Virus record (IMG/VR): IMGVR_UViG_3300012943_000044
Span: 1 to 41,345 of that record
Direction: 5' to 3' (one strand)
Length of the DNA stretch: 41,345 bases
Source of the DNA: a virus
Lineage: Duplodnaviria; Caudoviricetes
The notes below the pieces were generated by a model that saw nothing but the letters and a program-made list of their open reading frames with translations, searched no databases and was not told where the DNA came from. Of this stretch, positions 32,940 through 41,263 are shown in pieces (the stretch's first letter is position 1; each line of letters begins with the position of its first letter). The position numbers were made by a program, and so were the translations under genes.

Positions 32940-33250
32940 CCGAGCCTCCCGTGCGCTGTAGGCGCAAGGACGGCGACGTCGTTGCTGCCGTCCCAGCGTT
33001 CGGTGACCACCGACATGATCGGGCGGCCGTTTCCGTCGTACTGCACGTCCTCGGCGCCGATGTAGTCCTCGCGCTCGACCGCCTCGACCTTCGCCTTCGT
33101 GCCCGCAGGCACCATCGGCGCACTGAGGCCCGCCAGGCCGGGGCAGTTGTGGAAGCGGCTGTGCGGTTGCGCCTCGCGGGTGACGTCCTCTGCCGGGCAG
33201 TTGGGGCATTCCCAGCGGCGCTCGGGCGCGGCGAGCACGGGGACGCCCAT
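32936..33250 (-). CDS. Zn-ribbon hypothetical protein in head module
   Basis: RWECPNC...HSRFHNC; GGAGG RBS, ATG 33250. Confidence 0.75.
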   Translation of the reverse strand: MGVPVLAAPERRWECPNCPAEDVTREAQPHSRFHNCPGLAGLSAPMVPAGTKAKVEAVEREDYIGAEDVQYDGNGRPIMSVVTERWDGSNDVAVLAPTAHGRLG

Positions 33251-33636
33251 CACGCCTCCAGCGTCGAGGTCGTGGTGGACGTCCACGACCAGTCCGGCTC
33301 CGGGAACGAATACTGCGGCTGGCCGGCCGTGCTGTACGCGCGACGGGCAGCGGTGAGGATCTCGCGGCGACGCCCCTGGGGGCCGCGGTCGAAAGTCACG
33401 CTCGTGTCGTCGATCGTCTCCGACCACTTCGCCGTCGGGTTGTCGATGACGATCCCGGCGAGCTCGATCGCCCACGCCCACAGCCGGTCAGGGATCGGAT
33501 CCGGCCACGTGTCCAGGCCGGCCGCGTCCTGCAGCCAGCCGTTGACGTAGCGCCGCACCCGGGTCGCCGTCTCGGTGTCGACCTCGGGGACCTGCAGCCA
33601 GGACGGCAGGTCCCCGAGGTCGAACAGGTCCGCCAC
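33250..33636 (-). CDS. Head-tail connector
   Basis: LFDLGDLPSWLQ...NP...SETIDD.SVT. Confidence 0.8.
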   Translation of the reverse strand: MADLFDLGDLPSWLQVPEVDTETATRVRRYVNGWLQDAAGLDTWPDPIPDRLWAWAIELAGIVIDNPTAKWSETIDDTSVTFDRGPQGRRREILTAARRAYSTAGQPQYSFPEPDWSWTSTTTSTLEA

Positions 33637-33638
33637 GG

Positions 33639-33947
33639 TCAGGCCTTCGGGTCAGCCGACTGGGCCTTCGGTCCCGGCTTGGGTGCCGGCTTCCTGCTGT
33701 CGGCCGGCGCGTCGGCCTTCGGCATGCCGGCGCTGTCGAACTGCACCGGCTTGCCGACCGGCGAGGCCGCGTCAGCCTCGGCCGAACCCTGCTCGGCGAT
33801 CATGCCCTTGCGGGTCAGCCTGTCGATGTCGTCGGAGTGGGTCTGCTTCGGCAGCACACCGCCGGCGTAGAACTCCCGGACGACGTCCGAACCGAAGTCG
33901 TCCTTCACTCGGGCCGTCACGTACGGCGCCGTCACCACGTGGCTCAT
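33639..33947 (-). CDS. Post-capsid hypothetical protein
   Basis: TGATG overlap with capsid stop. Confidence 0.75.
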   Translation of the reverse strand: MSHVVTAPYVTARVKDDFGSDVVREFYAGGVLPKQTHSDDIDRLTRKGMIAEQGSAEADAASPVGKPVQFDSAGMPKADAPADSRKPAPKPGPKAQSADPKA

Positions 33948-34873
33948 CAGCTCACCACTCCCGTGATCTCCTCGCCGGCGCCGGCTTCCTGCACGATCGG
34001 CACCGTCTTGCGGCGGCCCTGCAGGTCCCAGGCGTCGATGTCGTCCTTGCGGATGGACTTGATCTGCACGGCCAGGTCCGCGACCCCGTAGCCGGGCGCG
34101 CCGTCGACCTCGTCGGCCATGCCGCCGAGCATGTTCGAGTCGAGCACCAGCGCGGTGGTCGTCAGTGCCGGCGTCTTCAGCACGGTCAGACCGGCGACGG
34201 TCTCGATCATGCCGGTGTAGACCGGGTTGTCCGTGGCCTCACGCCGCCGCAGCGTCGCGATGGTGTCGTTCAGCATCAGGTACGTGTACGCCTTCGGCGA
34301 CACGACCAGGGTGTCCGGGCGGTAGCCCTGGTTGCGGTCCTCGATGCGCTGCACGGCGAGCAGGATGTCGTCGAGCGGCTTGCGGGTCGCGAGCGTCGCC
34401 GAGTCCCAGATGCCGGTGGTGGCGGTGTCCGCGAGGTTCGACTGGATCGCCGACATCGAGATGGCGTCGACCTGCCGGATGATCGAGTTGACGACCTTCT
34501 GCATGCTGCGCGAGATCGCCTGGCCGGCGTAGACCGAGCGGGCGATCTCCTCGTCGGTGAGCCGGGTCTTCTGGCCCCACTTGACGATCGCGGCGACCGC
34601 GGCCGTTCCGGTCGGCAGCGACGCGAACGGGTACTCGGACCCGGGCGCCACGGCCTCGACGGTGCGGTCCGAGACGAACGGCTCGGACTGCTCGTAGGTG
34701 ACCGCGCCGCCGCTCGAGCGGAATCGCTGGGTGAGGATCTGGTCGGAGACGAACCGCAGGTTCGTGAAGGTCCGCAGGATCCGGCCGATGGCGGTCGGGT
34801 TCTGCAGGAAGCGGCTGATCGACAGCGTGTCGCCCGAAAGGGTGGGCGCAGCTGCCGGGTAGGTAGTGGGCAC
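33947..34873 (-). CDS. Major capsid protein (HK97 fold)
   Basis: VAPGSEYP, KWG, Y.PDTLVV; GAGAGGAG RBS; position. Confidence 0.92.
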   Translation of the reverse strand: MPTTYPAAAPTLSGDTLSISRFLQNPTAIGRILRTFTNLRFVSDQILTQRFRSSGGAVTYEQSEPFVSDRTVEAVAPGSEYPFASLPTGTAAVAAIVKWGQKTRLTDEEIARSVYAGQAISRSMQKVVNSIIRQVDAISMSAIQSNLADTATTGIWDSATLATRKPLDDILLAVQRIEDRNQGYRPDTLVVSPKAYTYLMLNDTIATLRRREATDNPVYTGMIETVAGLTVLKTPALTTTALVLDSNMLGGMADEVDGAPGYGVADLAVQIKSIRKDDIDAWDLQGRRKTVPIVQEAGAGEEITGVVS

Positions 34874-34894
34874 TGCTTATCTCCTCTCGGGGAA

Positions 34895-35122
34895 TCAGAC
34901 CGGGTAGCCGTCGTTGCTGCTGGAACCTGCAGCGACTTCGGCGTCACCGAGGGCGTCGAGCGCGTCGGCGATCTTGCCCGTCAGGGTGGCGAAGGTGGTG
35001 GGCTCGTAGGACTCCTCGTGAGCCTCGACGCCCGCCTGAAGGACTGTGAGGCGACGGACAATGTGGCCCCACTCAGGACCCACGACAGTGTTGCGCCAGG
35101 TGCTTCCCTGAGGACTTGGCAT
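34895..35122 (-). CDS. Small protein between decoration and capsid genes
   Basis: TGATG overlap; fills the gap. Confidence 0.6.
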   Translation of the reverse strand: MPSPQGSTWRNTVVGPEWGHIVRRLTVLQAGVEAHEESYEPTTFATLTGKIADALDALGDAEVAAGSSSNDGYPV

Positions 35123-35514
35123 CAGCGGCGGCCCTGCACTCGAAGCTTGAGTGGCGATCCTGCAGCCGTCGTGAGCGCGGTTCCGATGAGCGTGCCCGCG
35201 GCGGAACCCGCAGCGATCGACGTGGTGACGGTAGCCACCTGACCGTTGGCGTCACTCTGCACGCCAGCGCCGGTCGTGACCGCGCCGGACGCCTCCAGCT
35301 CGTGCACAACGCCATCGAGCGGCCACACGGTCACCTTTGCGCCGGAGCCCGCGTCGTGTGCGGCGACACCGACACACACGGCCGAGGCGCCAGCGGCGTG
35401 GGCGACGGTGCCGTTCCCGGACGAAACGAGCACGCGCCCACCGGTGACGGCACCGGAGGTGGTCGCCGTCCACGGCTTCGCGCCGCCGGAGACGATCGGC
35501 TGGTAGTCAGCCAT
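35122..35514 (-). CDS. Capsid decoration/cement protein (DUF2190-like)
   Basis: VGVAAHDA.SG.KVTV...ASGAVTTGAGVQSDANG...IGTALT.A. Confidence 0.85.
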   Translation of the reverse strand: MADYQPIVSGGAKPWTATTSGAVTGGRVLVSSGNGTVAHAAGASAVCVGVAAHDAGSGAKVTVWPLDGVVHELEASGAVTTGAGVQSDANGQVATVTTSIAAGSAAGTLIGTALTTAAGSPLKLRVQGRR

Positions 35515-35517
35515 GGG

Positions 35518-36042
35518 TCAGACCCCCTTGGTCATGGAGCCGGGCGGGAACATGCCCGCGAACTCGCGGTCGAATTCCTTGTCGTCCAGGTCGGCATAGC
35601 CCGACGCGGCGATGGCCAGCGCCGAGTTCGGCGTCAGGCCCTCGATGAGCGCCTTCGTGCCCTCCGGGTCGGCGGCCCACAGCTTCGCGAAGTGCTTCTT
35701 CTGAGCCGGGGTGAACTTGCCCTGCTCGACCGCCGACGCGATGACCTTGTCGGCCTCGTCGCGCTTGGCCTGGTCGACGTGGGCGGCGAGACGCTTGATC
35801 GTGTTCTGCGTCTCCTCCCACACCGACGAGGCGATCAGGACGGTGCCGGGAGTGTTGGCCGACGAGGCCGACACGAGCTGCGGTTCCGGCACCGGGTTGG
35901 GCTCCGGGGTCGGGTTGGGAGCCGGCTGCGGCTCGGGCTGGGACGCGACGAGTCCGGCAGTCGCGAGCGCTGCCTTGACCTCATCGTCGGAGGCCTCGGC
36001 CGGCAGGCCGACCGCCTCGCGGAGCTTGGCTGCGTCAGGCAT
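35518..36042 (-). CDS. Nested in-frame scaffolding protein (Mu gpZ-like)
   Basis: GAAAGGGAG RBS upstream of in-frame ATG 36042 (MPDAAKLREAVGLP). Confidence 0.7.
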   Translation of the reverse strand: MPDAAKLREAVGLPAEASDDEVKAALATAGLVASQPEPQPAPNPTPEPNPVPEPQLVSASSANTPGTVLIASSVWEETQNTIKRLAAHVDQAKRDEADKVIASAVEQGKFTPAQKKHFAKLWAADPEGTKALIEGLTPNSALAIAASGYADLDDKEFDREFAGMFPPGSMTKGV

Positions 36043-37305
36043 GCCCGGGGCTCCCTTTCTGTCGGACGGATGGTCAGCCCCCGGAGGGGGTGATTCTGGT
36101 GCGCTGGCCGCGATCCACTCGGCGCCGGATTCGGCGGCAGCGGCGGACACGAGCTGGCGCAGATCGGTGAGCGACTTCAGCACCGGCATCCCGGGTGGGG
36201 TCGAGCCGAGAAGGCCGAGCCGGGTGAGGACGAGGCCGTACTCGCGGCCCTGGAACTTCACGCCGGTAACACCCTCGATGGAGCGCTTCGGCCAGCGGGC
36301 CGGGGCGGCGGCGTGCACCCAGTCGTCCAGGTCGACCAGGTCGCCGAGGAGCACCGGGCCGCGGCCGTCGACCTGGTAGCGGATGTTCGACACCCAGCCG
36401 AACGCCGGCTCGCCGTCGAACCGGGAGTCGAGGTGCCCGAAGCCGAGCGGCACCCGCTCACTGCCCGACGCCGCGTAGAACTCGGCGGCGTCACGGAGCA
36501 TGTCGGGGGTGAACTCGCGCTCGCCGGAAGACAGCTGCCAGGTTCCGGGACGGGCCAGTTCGACGCCGAGGAGCTCGGCCATGTGCCCTCCATGGGTCGT
36601 GCGCATGGTGGATGCGGTGACCGGGTCGGTGGCGATCAGATTCGAGATCGCCTTGTCGAACTTGCTGATCGCTGACGCCTGGGTGATCTGGAAGTTGTCG
36701 CGCCCTTCCGTGCTGCCGCGGGGGGCAGGGTCGAGCTGCAGCAGCCATTCGCCGCCGGGGCCGAGACTCTCGCCGCCGGACGCATAGTCGCCGCCCTCTT
36801 CGCGGGTGAGCGTCCAGGTCACGTCACCCCACGCGGCGCCGCGAATGACGCCTGATGCGATGTCCGTTTCCGGGTCGGGCCATTCGGATTGCGGAAGTCC
36901 GTTCTTGTGGGCCTGCCGGAGCTGGGCCCGGAAGTCGGAGACGCTCTTCTTGCCGTCCGCGAGTGCGTCGCTGAGCACCTGCTGCAGTTGCCGGGCGCCC
37001 GCGGCGTCGAGCTCGACTGTGCGGCCCTTGTCGCCGGCCTGCCATCTCCTGGCGTCTTCCGGGTGAACCACTCCGAGGCGGAGCCGGGTGCCGGCCGGGC
37101 CGGAGACGCTCGCAAGTACGGCTGTCGTGTCGCCGTGGGCGTCGCTGATTCTGGCGCTGCCGCCGAACGTCTCGCCGGGTCCCAGCTTGATGCGTCCCGC
37201 CAGCTTCAGCGGGTCGGCGGCCGGGCCCGGGATCCCGTCGGACCACTGCCCGTCCGGGTCGCGCTTCTGGCCCGGGCTCCACTTGGCGACGACGGAATCG
37301 CTCAT
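35518..37305 (-). CDS. Mu gpI-like capsid maturation protease/scaffold with 241-aa N-terminal extension
   Basis: GVELARPGTW, LGFGH.D...PAFGWV, RSIEG, LLGSTPP; helical scaffold C-terminus; internal RBS+ATG at 36582 and 36042. Confidence 0.85.
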   Translation of the reverse strand: MSDSVVAKWSPGQKRDPDGQWSDGIPGPAADPLKLAGRIKLGPGETFGGSARISDAHGDTTAVLASVSGPAGTRLRLGVVHPEDARRWQAGDKGRTVELDAAGARQLQQVLSDALADGKKSVSDFRAQLRQAHKNGLPQSEWPDPETDIASGVIRGAAWGDVTWTLTREEGGDYASGGESLGPGGEWLLQLDPAPRGSTEGRDNFQITQASAISKFDKAISNLIATDPVTASTMRTTHGGHMAELLGVELARPGTWQLSSGEREFTPDMLRDAAEFYAASGSERVPLGFGHLDSRFDGEPAFGWVSNIRYQVDGRGPVLLGDLVDLDDWVHAAAPARWPKRSIEGVTGVKFQGREYGLVLTRLGLLGSTPPGMPVLKSLTDLRQLVSAAAAESGAEWIAASAPESPPPGADHPSDRKGAPGMPDAAKLREAVGLPAEASDDEVKAALATAGLVASQPEPQPAPNPTPEPNPVPEPQLVSASSANTPGTVLIASSVWEETQNTIKRLAAHVDQAKRDEADKVIASAVEQGKFTPAQKKHFAKLWAADPEGTKALIEGLTPNSALAIAASGYADLDDKEFDREFAGMFPPGSMTKGV

Positions 37306-38570
37306 GGCGTCGCGTTCGGGTCCAGGCCCGGAATCGTGGGCTGGACCGGCGGGGCCGGGGGCGGGGCGTTCGGGTCGACGGCGGGCAGGCCGTATTGCTG
37401 GCGCACCGACTGCTTCAGCACCTCGTCGGGGCTGATCAGGCCCGCGTCGGCGAGCGCCTTCAGCGCCTGCGCGGTGGCGGCCTGCCGGGAGCCGATCTCG
37501 TCGAAGACGACGCGCGGCGCGGGCTCGGACTCACCGAAGTTGACGTCGACGAGATCCTCGACGATGTGCTGCGTCGCGGTGTCGGCGATCTGCTGGGCGA
37601 GGGTCTGCAGCGACAGGGTGAAGAAGTCGGCGAACGTGGTGCCCAGCGCCCAGCTGCCCGTCTGGGTGCCAAGGTTCAGGAAGTGGGCCAGGACGGCCCG
37701 GCCGATCTGCTCGTCGTGATATCGGATCGACGGCAGCGCCTGCGGCAGGGTGCCCTCGACGCCGCGCAGCACCATGTCGGCGCCGTTCGGGACCGCCGAG
37801 CCGGCGGTCTCGCCGGCCCGCCATGCCTTCGCCATGGCCAGGCCCTTGCTCAGGTCCTGCTCGTCCTCGCCGGCCTTGTACAGCGGGACGCCCATGCCGT
37901 TGCGCTCGATCGTCTGCGCGTCGACGCGCAGCAGCCGGTCCTTGATGAGCCAGTTCTTGTAGGCGGGGCGCAGCAGCGAGCGCCCCTTCCAGTTGCCGCC
38001 CTCGCGCTGGTGCACGTAGCCGACGAGGCGTGTCACAGGGATGGGGCGCTGCCGGGCCGAGGTCATCGTCGAGTACTGCGTGATGGAGACCAGGCCGCCG
38101 TCGGGCGCGACCTTGATCTCCTCGATGGTCCGCGGCATCCGCGGCGCCAGCTTGCGCAGGTGCGCGCGGCCGCCGCCCGGATCGACCCGGTAGACCTGCT
38201 CGAAGAACATGTGCCCGAACGGCAGCATCAGCAGCGCCTGTTCGAGGTGCTCCGCCCAGGAGAACCGGTCGCGGGTCCGCGGCACCGGCTTCGGCTCCTT
38301 ACCGACCACCGGCAGGCCGAGCTCGTCCGCGACGAACTGCGCGACCCGTGCCTTCGAGCCGGCGGGGTCGATGCGCCAGGGGGTCCGCTGCACCGGCAGT
38401 GAGACGGCACGGAGCACCGAGACGATCTGGGCGTCTTGTGTCCTCATTTGGTCGTAGACGTTCACCGACTGCGGCCACTGCAGCTCGGGGGTCGTCTCGT
38501 TCTCGTCGTACGACCAGAACAACGAGCCGGAGGTCGCGTAGCCGATCTCATTCACGGGGGCAGTTGCCAT
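37302..38570 (-). CDS. Portal protein (Mu gp29/DUF935-like)
   Basis: YDQMRTQDAQI, MLPFGH.FFEQVY, G.SLLRPAYKNW..K, ERNGMGVP, GSWALG. Confidence 0.92.
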   Translation of the reverse strand: MATAPVNEIGYATSGSLFWSYDENETTPELQWPQSVNVYDQMRTQDAQIVSVLRAVSLPVQRTPWRIDPAGSKARVAQFVADELGLPVVGKEPKPVPRTRDRFSWAEHLEQALLMLPFGHMFFEQVYRVDPGGGRAHLRKLAPRMPRTIEEIKVAPDGGLVSITQYSTMTSARQRPIPVTRLVGYVHQREGGNWKGRSLLRPAYKNWLIKDRLLRVDAQTIERNGMGVPLYKAGEDEQDLSKGLAMAKAWRAGETAGSAVPNGADMVLRGVEGTLPQALPSIRYHDEQIGRAVLAHFLNLGTQTGSWALGTTFADFFTLSLQTLAQQIADTATQHIVEDLVDVNFGESEPAPRVVFDEIGSRQAATAQALKALADAGLISPDEVLKQSVRQQYGLPAVDPNAPPPAPPVQPTIPGLDPNATP

Positions 38571-38624
38571 TGTTGCGCCCCCGATCTGTAGTATGCGTGT
38601 GCATCTAGCTGCTAGGATTCAGGG

Positions 38625-39107
38625 ATGGCCCCACCGCGTCACATCCGCGATGTCAACTGGCTTCTACTGCGAGTCCAGATCGATCCAGCGACCGGCTGCT
38701 GGATCTGGCAGGGCACCTGCAACCACAAGGGCTATGGCCTTTATCGCGGAACTGACTACGGGGGCGTCTACACGAGAAGCGCGCACCGGCTCGCGCTGGA
38801 ACTCAAGCTCGGGCGGCCCATTCGCCTCGGCCTGCACGTATTGCACTCGTGCGACAACCCGCCCTGCTGCAACGGTGAGCACCTCCGCGAGGGCACCGTC
38901 TCGGACAACCAGCGCGAGTCGTACGACAAGGGTCGTCACATTCCGACTCGCGGAGAGTTGAGCGGCCACGCAAAGCTCACGCGGGCGGAGGTCGCCGAAA
39001 TACTCGCGGCACTCGAACGAGGCACCTACCAGCGCGTTCTCGCACGTCAGTACGGCGTCGACCAGGCGCAGATCAGCCGAATTAAAAACGGAAAGGCGTG
39101 GCTATGA
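38625..39107 (+). CDS. HNH homing endonuclease with C-terminal HTH, antisense to late operon
   Basis: GCWIWQG...GYG...AHR...HVLHSCDNPPCCNGEHLREGT..DN; KLT...LARQYGVDQAQISRIKNGKAW. Confidence 0.92.
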   Translation: MAPPRHIRDVNWLLLRVQIDPATGCWIWQGTCNHKGYGLYRGTDYGGVYTRSAHRLALELKLGRPIRLGLHVLHSCDNPPCCNGEHLREGTVSDNQRESYDKGRHIPTRGELSGHAKLTRAEVAEILAALERGTYQRVLARQYGVDQAQISRIKNGKAWL

Positions 39108-39331
39108 AAGAAGCGCCTGCGATGTACGCGATCGCCATCGAGCACCTCGTCGATGGCGGCTGGCGGCCGTTCACGGAGCCCTGGAGTCAGGCATTCGACT
39201 GCAGCCCCGACGAGATCGCCGAGCAGGTCGCCGGGAACTGGGATCTGGACGAGCTGGGCCACCCGTGGGCAGTCGGCGTATTCAGGGGCGTCCGCTTCGA
39301 CGAGAAGCTCGCCGACCTGCGAGGCGCCTAG
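39104..39331 (+). CDS. Small acidic hypothetical protein coupled to HNH
   Basis: ATGA overlap at 39104; stop overlaps terminase stop (CTAG). Confidence 0.65.
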   Translation: MKEAPAMYAIAIEHLVDGGWRPFTEPWSQAFDCSPDEIAEQVAGNWDLDELGHPWAVGVFRGVRFDEKLADLRGA

Positions 39332-40845
39332 AATCCGGCCGTCGCCAGCCCGGCGGTCTCAGAAGTGGATGACGTGCCGCCACCGGCCACCTGCGGCTCC
39401 GGGGCCGGGGGCTTGGGCGGCGGTGACACCGACAGGCCCCAATAGGCGCCGGTCGCGCCGACCAGCGGGCTGATGTCGGAGTCGGACTTCCGCCGGGACC
39501 ACGCCCACAGCCCGTCGCCGATGTCGCGGCGGCCGGCTCCCGCGATCGCGCGGTTCAGCGCCGGGTCGTCCAAGTGGCGCAGGCCCTTGTCGCCGACGGT
39601 CGCGGCGAACGCCTCGCACGCCTGGCCCAGGTCGCGCGAGGACATCTGCCGCGGTTCGATGCCGTGCGCCAGCAGGTCCGGCAGCAGTGCGCCCGCCGGG
39701 CCACCCGGGTCGATGACCCAGTCGAGCGGGTTGTGGCGCTGCAGCTGCACGGCCCTTGGCGCCGCCCAGTCGAAGCCGGAGCCGTGCGCGACGACCTCGA
39801 GGTGCGGGAAGCCGTCGGAGCGGTACATGGCGGCGACGATCGCTACCGACCGCAGACCGGGCGACGCGTCGATCATGAAGACCGGTCGGCCGGCCGGCTT
39901 GGAGTCCTCGTCGGCGCAGGCCGACCACTGCTCGAGCGGCACACCGCCGCCGGCCGGGTCCGAGTGCCAGCCCAGCCGCTCGCGGCCGAACTCCTCCGGA
40001 GGTAGCGCGCGGCGCTCGGAGCGCACGTACTCGTAGCTGATCCGGCGACCCAGGGCGTGGTTCGCCTTGGGCCACAGCGTCTCGTCGTCCAGGGCGCAGC
40101 CGTCGGTGCCGACCGTGTGCGGACACTCCGCACCGAGGTCGCAGCCCGGCTCGTCCCACGATCCGGGGGCACACCACTCCAGGTACACCAGCGACGGATC
40201 GTTGCCTTTGCGGCCACGGTCTCGCAGGCCGCGCAGGTGGTCGGAGCCGAGGACGCCCGCCGACGAGCCGTACATGATCTGCGGGTCCCCGGTCATCGAC
40301 CGGGCGGCCAGCGTCGGCATCAGCGCGCCCATCGACTCCGCCGACAGGAACAGCGCCTCGTCCATCACGATGCGCTTGCCGCCGAGGCCACGACCACCGC
40401 CCTTACTGCGGGCGAGGAACTCGAGCTTCGCCCCGTTGTGCAGCTCGACGGCCTCTTCGCCGTTCGCGTAGACGATCTTCTTGACCCGCTTCGACAGCGT
40501 GTCGGAGTTCTCGACCAGCAGCACGACGTCGTTGAACGCGTCCCGGGCCGTGCGGAACAGGTGCGCCGTCCACACGATGCGGTCCGGCGGCATCAGGAAC
40601 AGGTCGAACAGCACGCACGGCAGCAGCACGCCGCCGGTCTTGCCGTTCTGCCGGGCCTCGATGATCGCCGACTCGAGCGCCACCCATCGGCCGCCGGGCC
40701 GATAACTCAGGGCCGCGTCGACCGCCAGGCGCTGCTCGTCGTCGAGCGGCCGGCCCGCGATCTCCATCAGCTGCGCGGCACCTTCGCCGTAGGAGCCTTC
40801 CCGCGGCGGGATGCTCAGGTGCGCCGGCGCGACGACGTCAGGCAC
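39328..40845 (-). CDS. terL: Terminase large subunit
   Basis: ARQNGKT (Walker A), IVMDEA (Walker B), SSAG, FGRERLG, DISPLV; start likely GTG 40845. Confidence 0.95.
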   Translation of the reverse strand: MPDVVAPAHLSIPPREGSYGEGAAQLMEIAGRPLDDEQRLAVDAALSYRPGGRWVALESAIIEARQNGKTGGVLLPCVLFDLFLMPPDRIVWTAHLFRTARDAFNDVVLLVENSDTLSKRVKKIVYANGEEAVELHNGAKLEFLARSKGGGRGLGGKRIVMDEALFLSAESMGALMPTLAARSMTGDPQIMYGSSAGVLGSDHLRGLRDRGRKGNDPSLVYLEWCAPGSWDEPGCDLGAECPHTVGTDGCALDDETLWPKANHALGRRISYEYVRSERRALPPEEFGRERLGWHSDPAGGGVPLEQWSACADEDSKPAGRPVFMIDASPGLRSVAIVAAMYRSDGFPHLEVVAHGSGFDWAAPRAVQLQRHNPLDWVIDPGGPAGALLPDLLAHGIEPRQMSSRDLGQACEAFAATVGDKGLRHLDDPALNRAIAGAGRRDIGDGLWAWSRRKSDSDISPLVGATGAYWGLSVSPPPKPPAPEPQVAGGGTSSTSETAGLATAGF

Positions 40846-41263
40846 CGGACGCCTTTCGGTCGCGCCACGCGGCCAGCTCGTCGAGAGCATCGGCCTTCTT
40901 CGTGCCGCCGGCCAGCGCCTCGGACATCGCCGCGGACAGCTGCCGGGCCAGCGACGCCATCGCTGAGCCGGTGTCGCCGGGCTGGGAGAGCTTCAGTGCC
41001 AGCCTGAGCGCGATCTGGCCGTGGACGGTGTCCGCAACGCCCGCCTCGGCGAGTTCGCGGCGCGTGGTGGCAACCAGGGCGGCTTCGGGGGGTGAATCGG
41101 CGGTTTCCGGCGACGAAATCGAGGAAACGGGGGCCAATTCGCCCTCTGCGCGGGCTTCTCGATCACGCCGAGAGGCGGCCTGACGGCACTTGACGCCGCA
41201 GAACGTGGCCGATCGAGTCTTGGCGTCGAACAGCGTCCGGCATTCCGCGCAGGAGACCTTCAC
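40838..41263 (-). CDS. terS: Terminase small subunit
   Basis: N-terminal CxxC...FCGVKCR; ALRLALKL; DALDELAAWRDRK; overlaps terL. Confidence 0.85.
   Translation of the reverse strand: MKVSCAECRTLFDAKTRSATFCGVKCRQAASRRDREARAEGELAPVSSISSPETADSPPEAALVATTRRELAEAGVADTVHGQIALRLALKLSQPGDTGSAMASLARQLSAAMSEALAGGTKKADALDELAAWRDRKASGA

Noticed and set aside
7447-35242. Long + strand ORFs (e.g. 7447-9102, 23388-25175, 26504-27985, 33575-35242)
   Set aside because: Antisense shadows of well-supported - strand genes, expected at this GC content; no motifs.
16699-38600. Shared 9-mer TATGCGTGT upstream of the AlpA-like gene (16699) and HNH (38592)
   Set aside because: Only two copies, at different distances from the starts (50 versus 33 nt); chance cannot be excluded.
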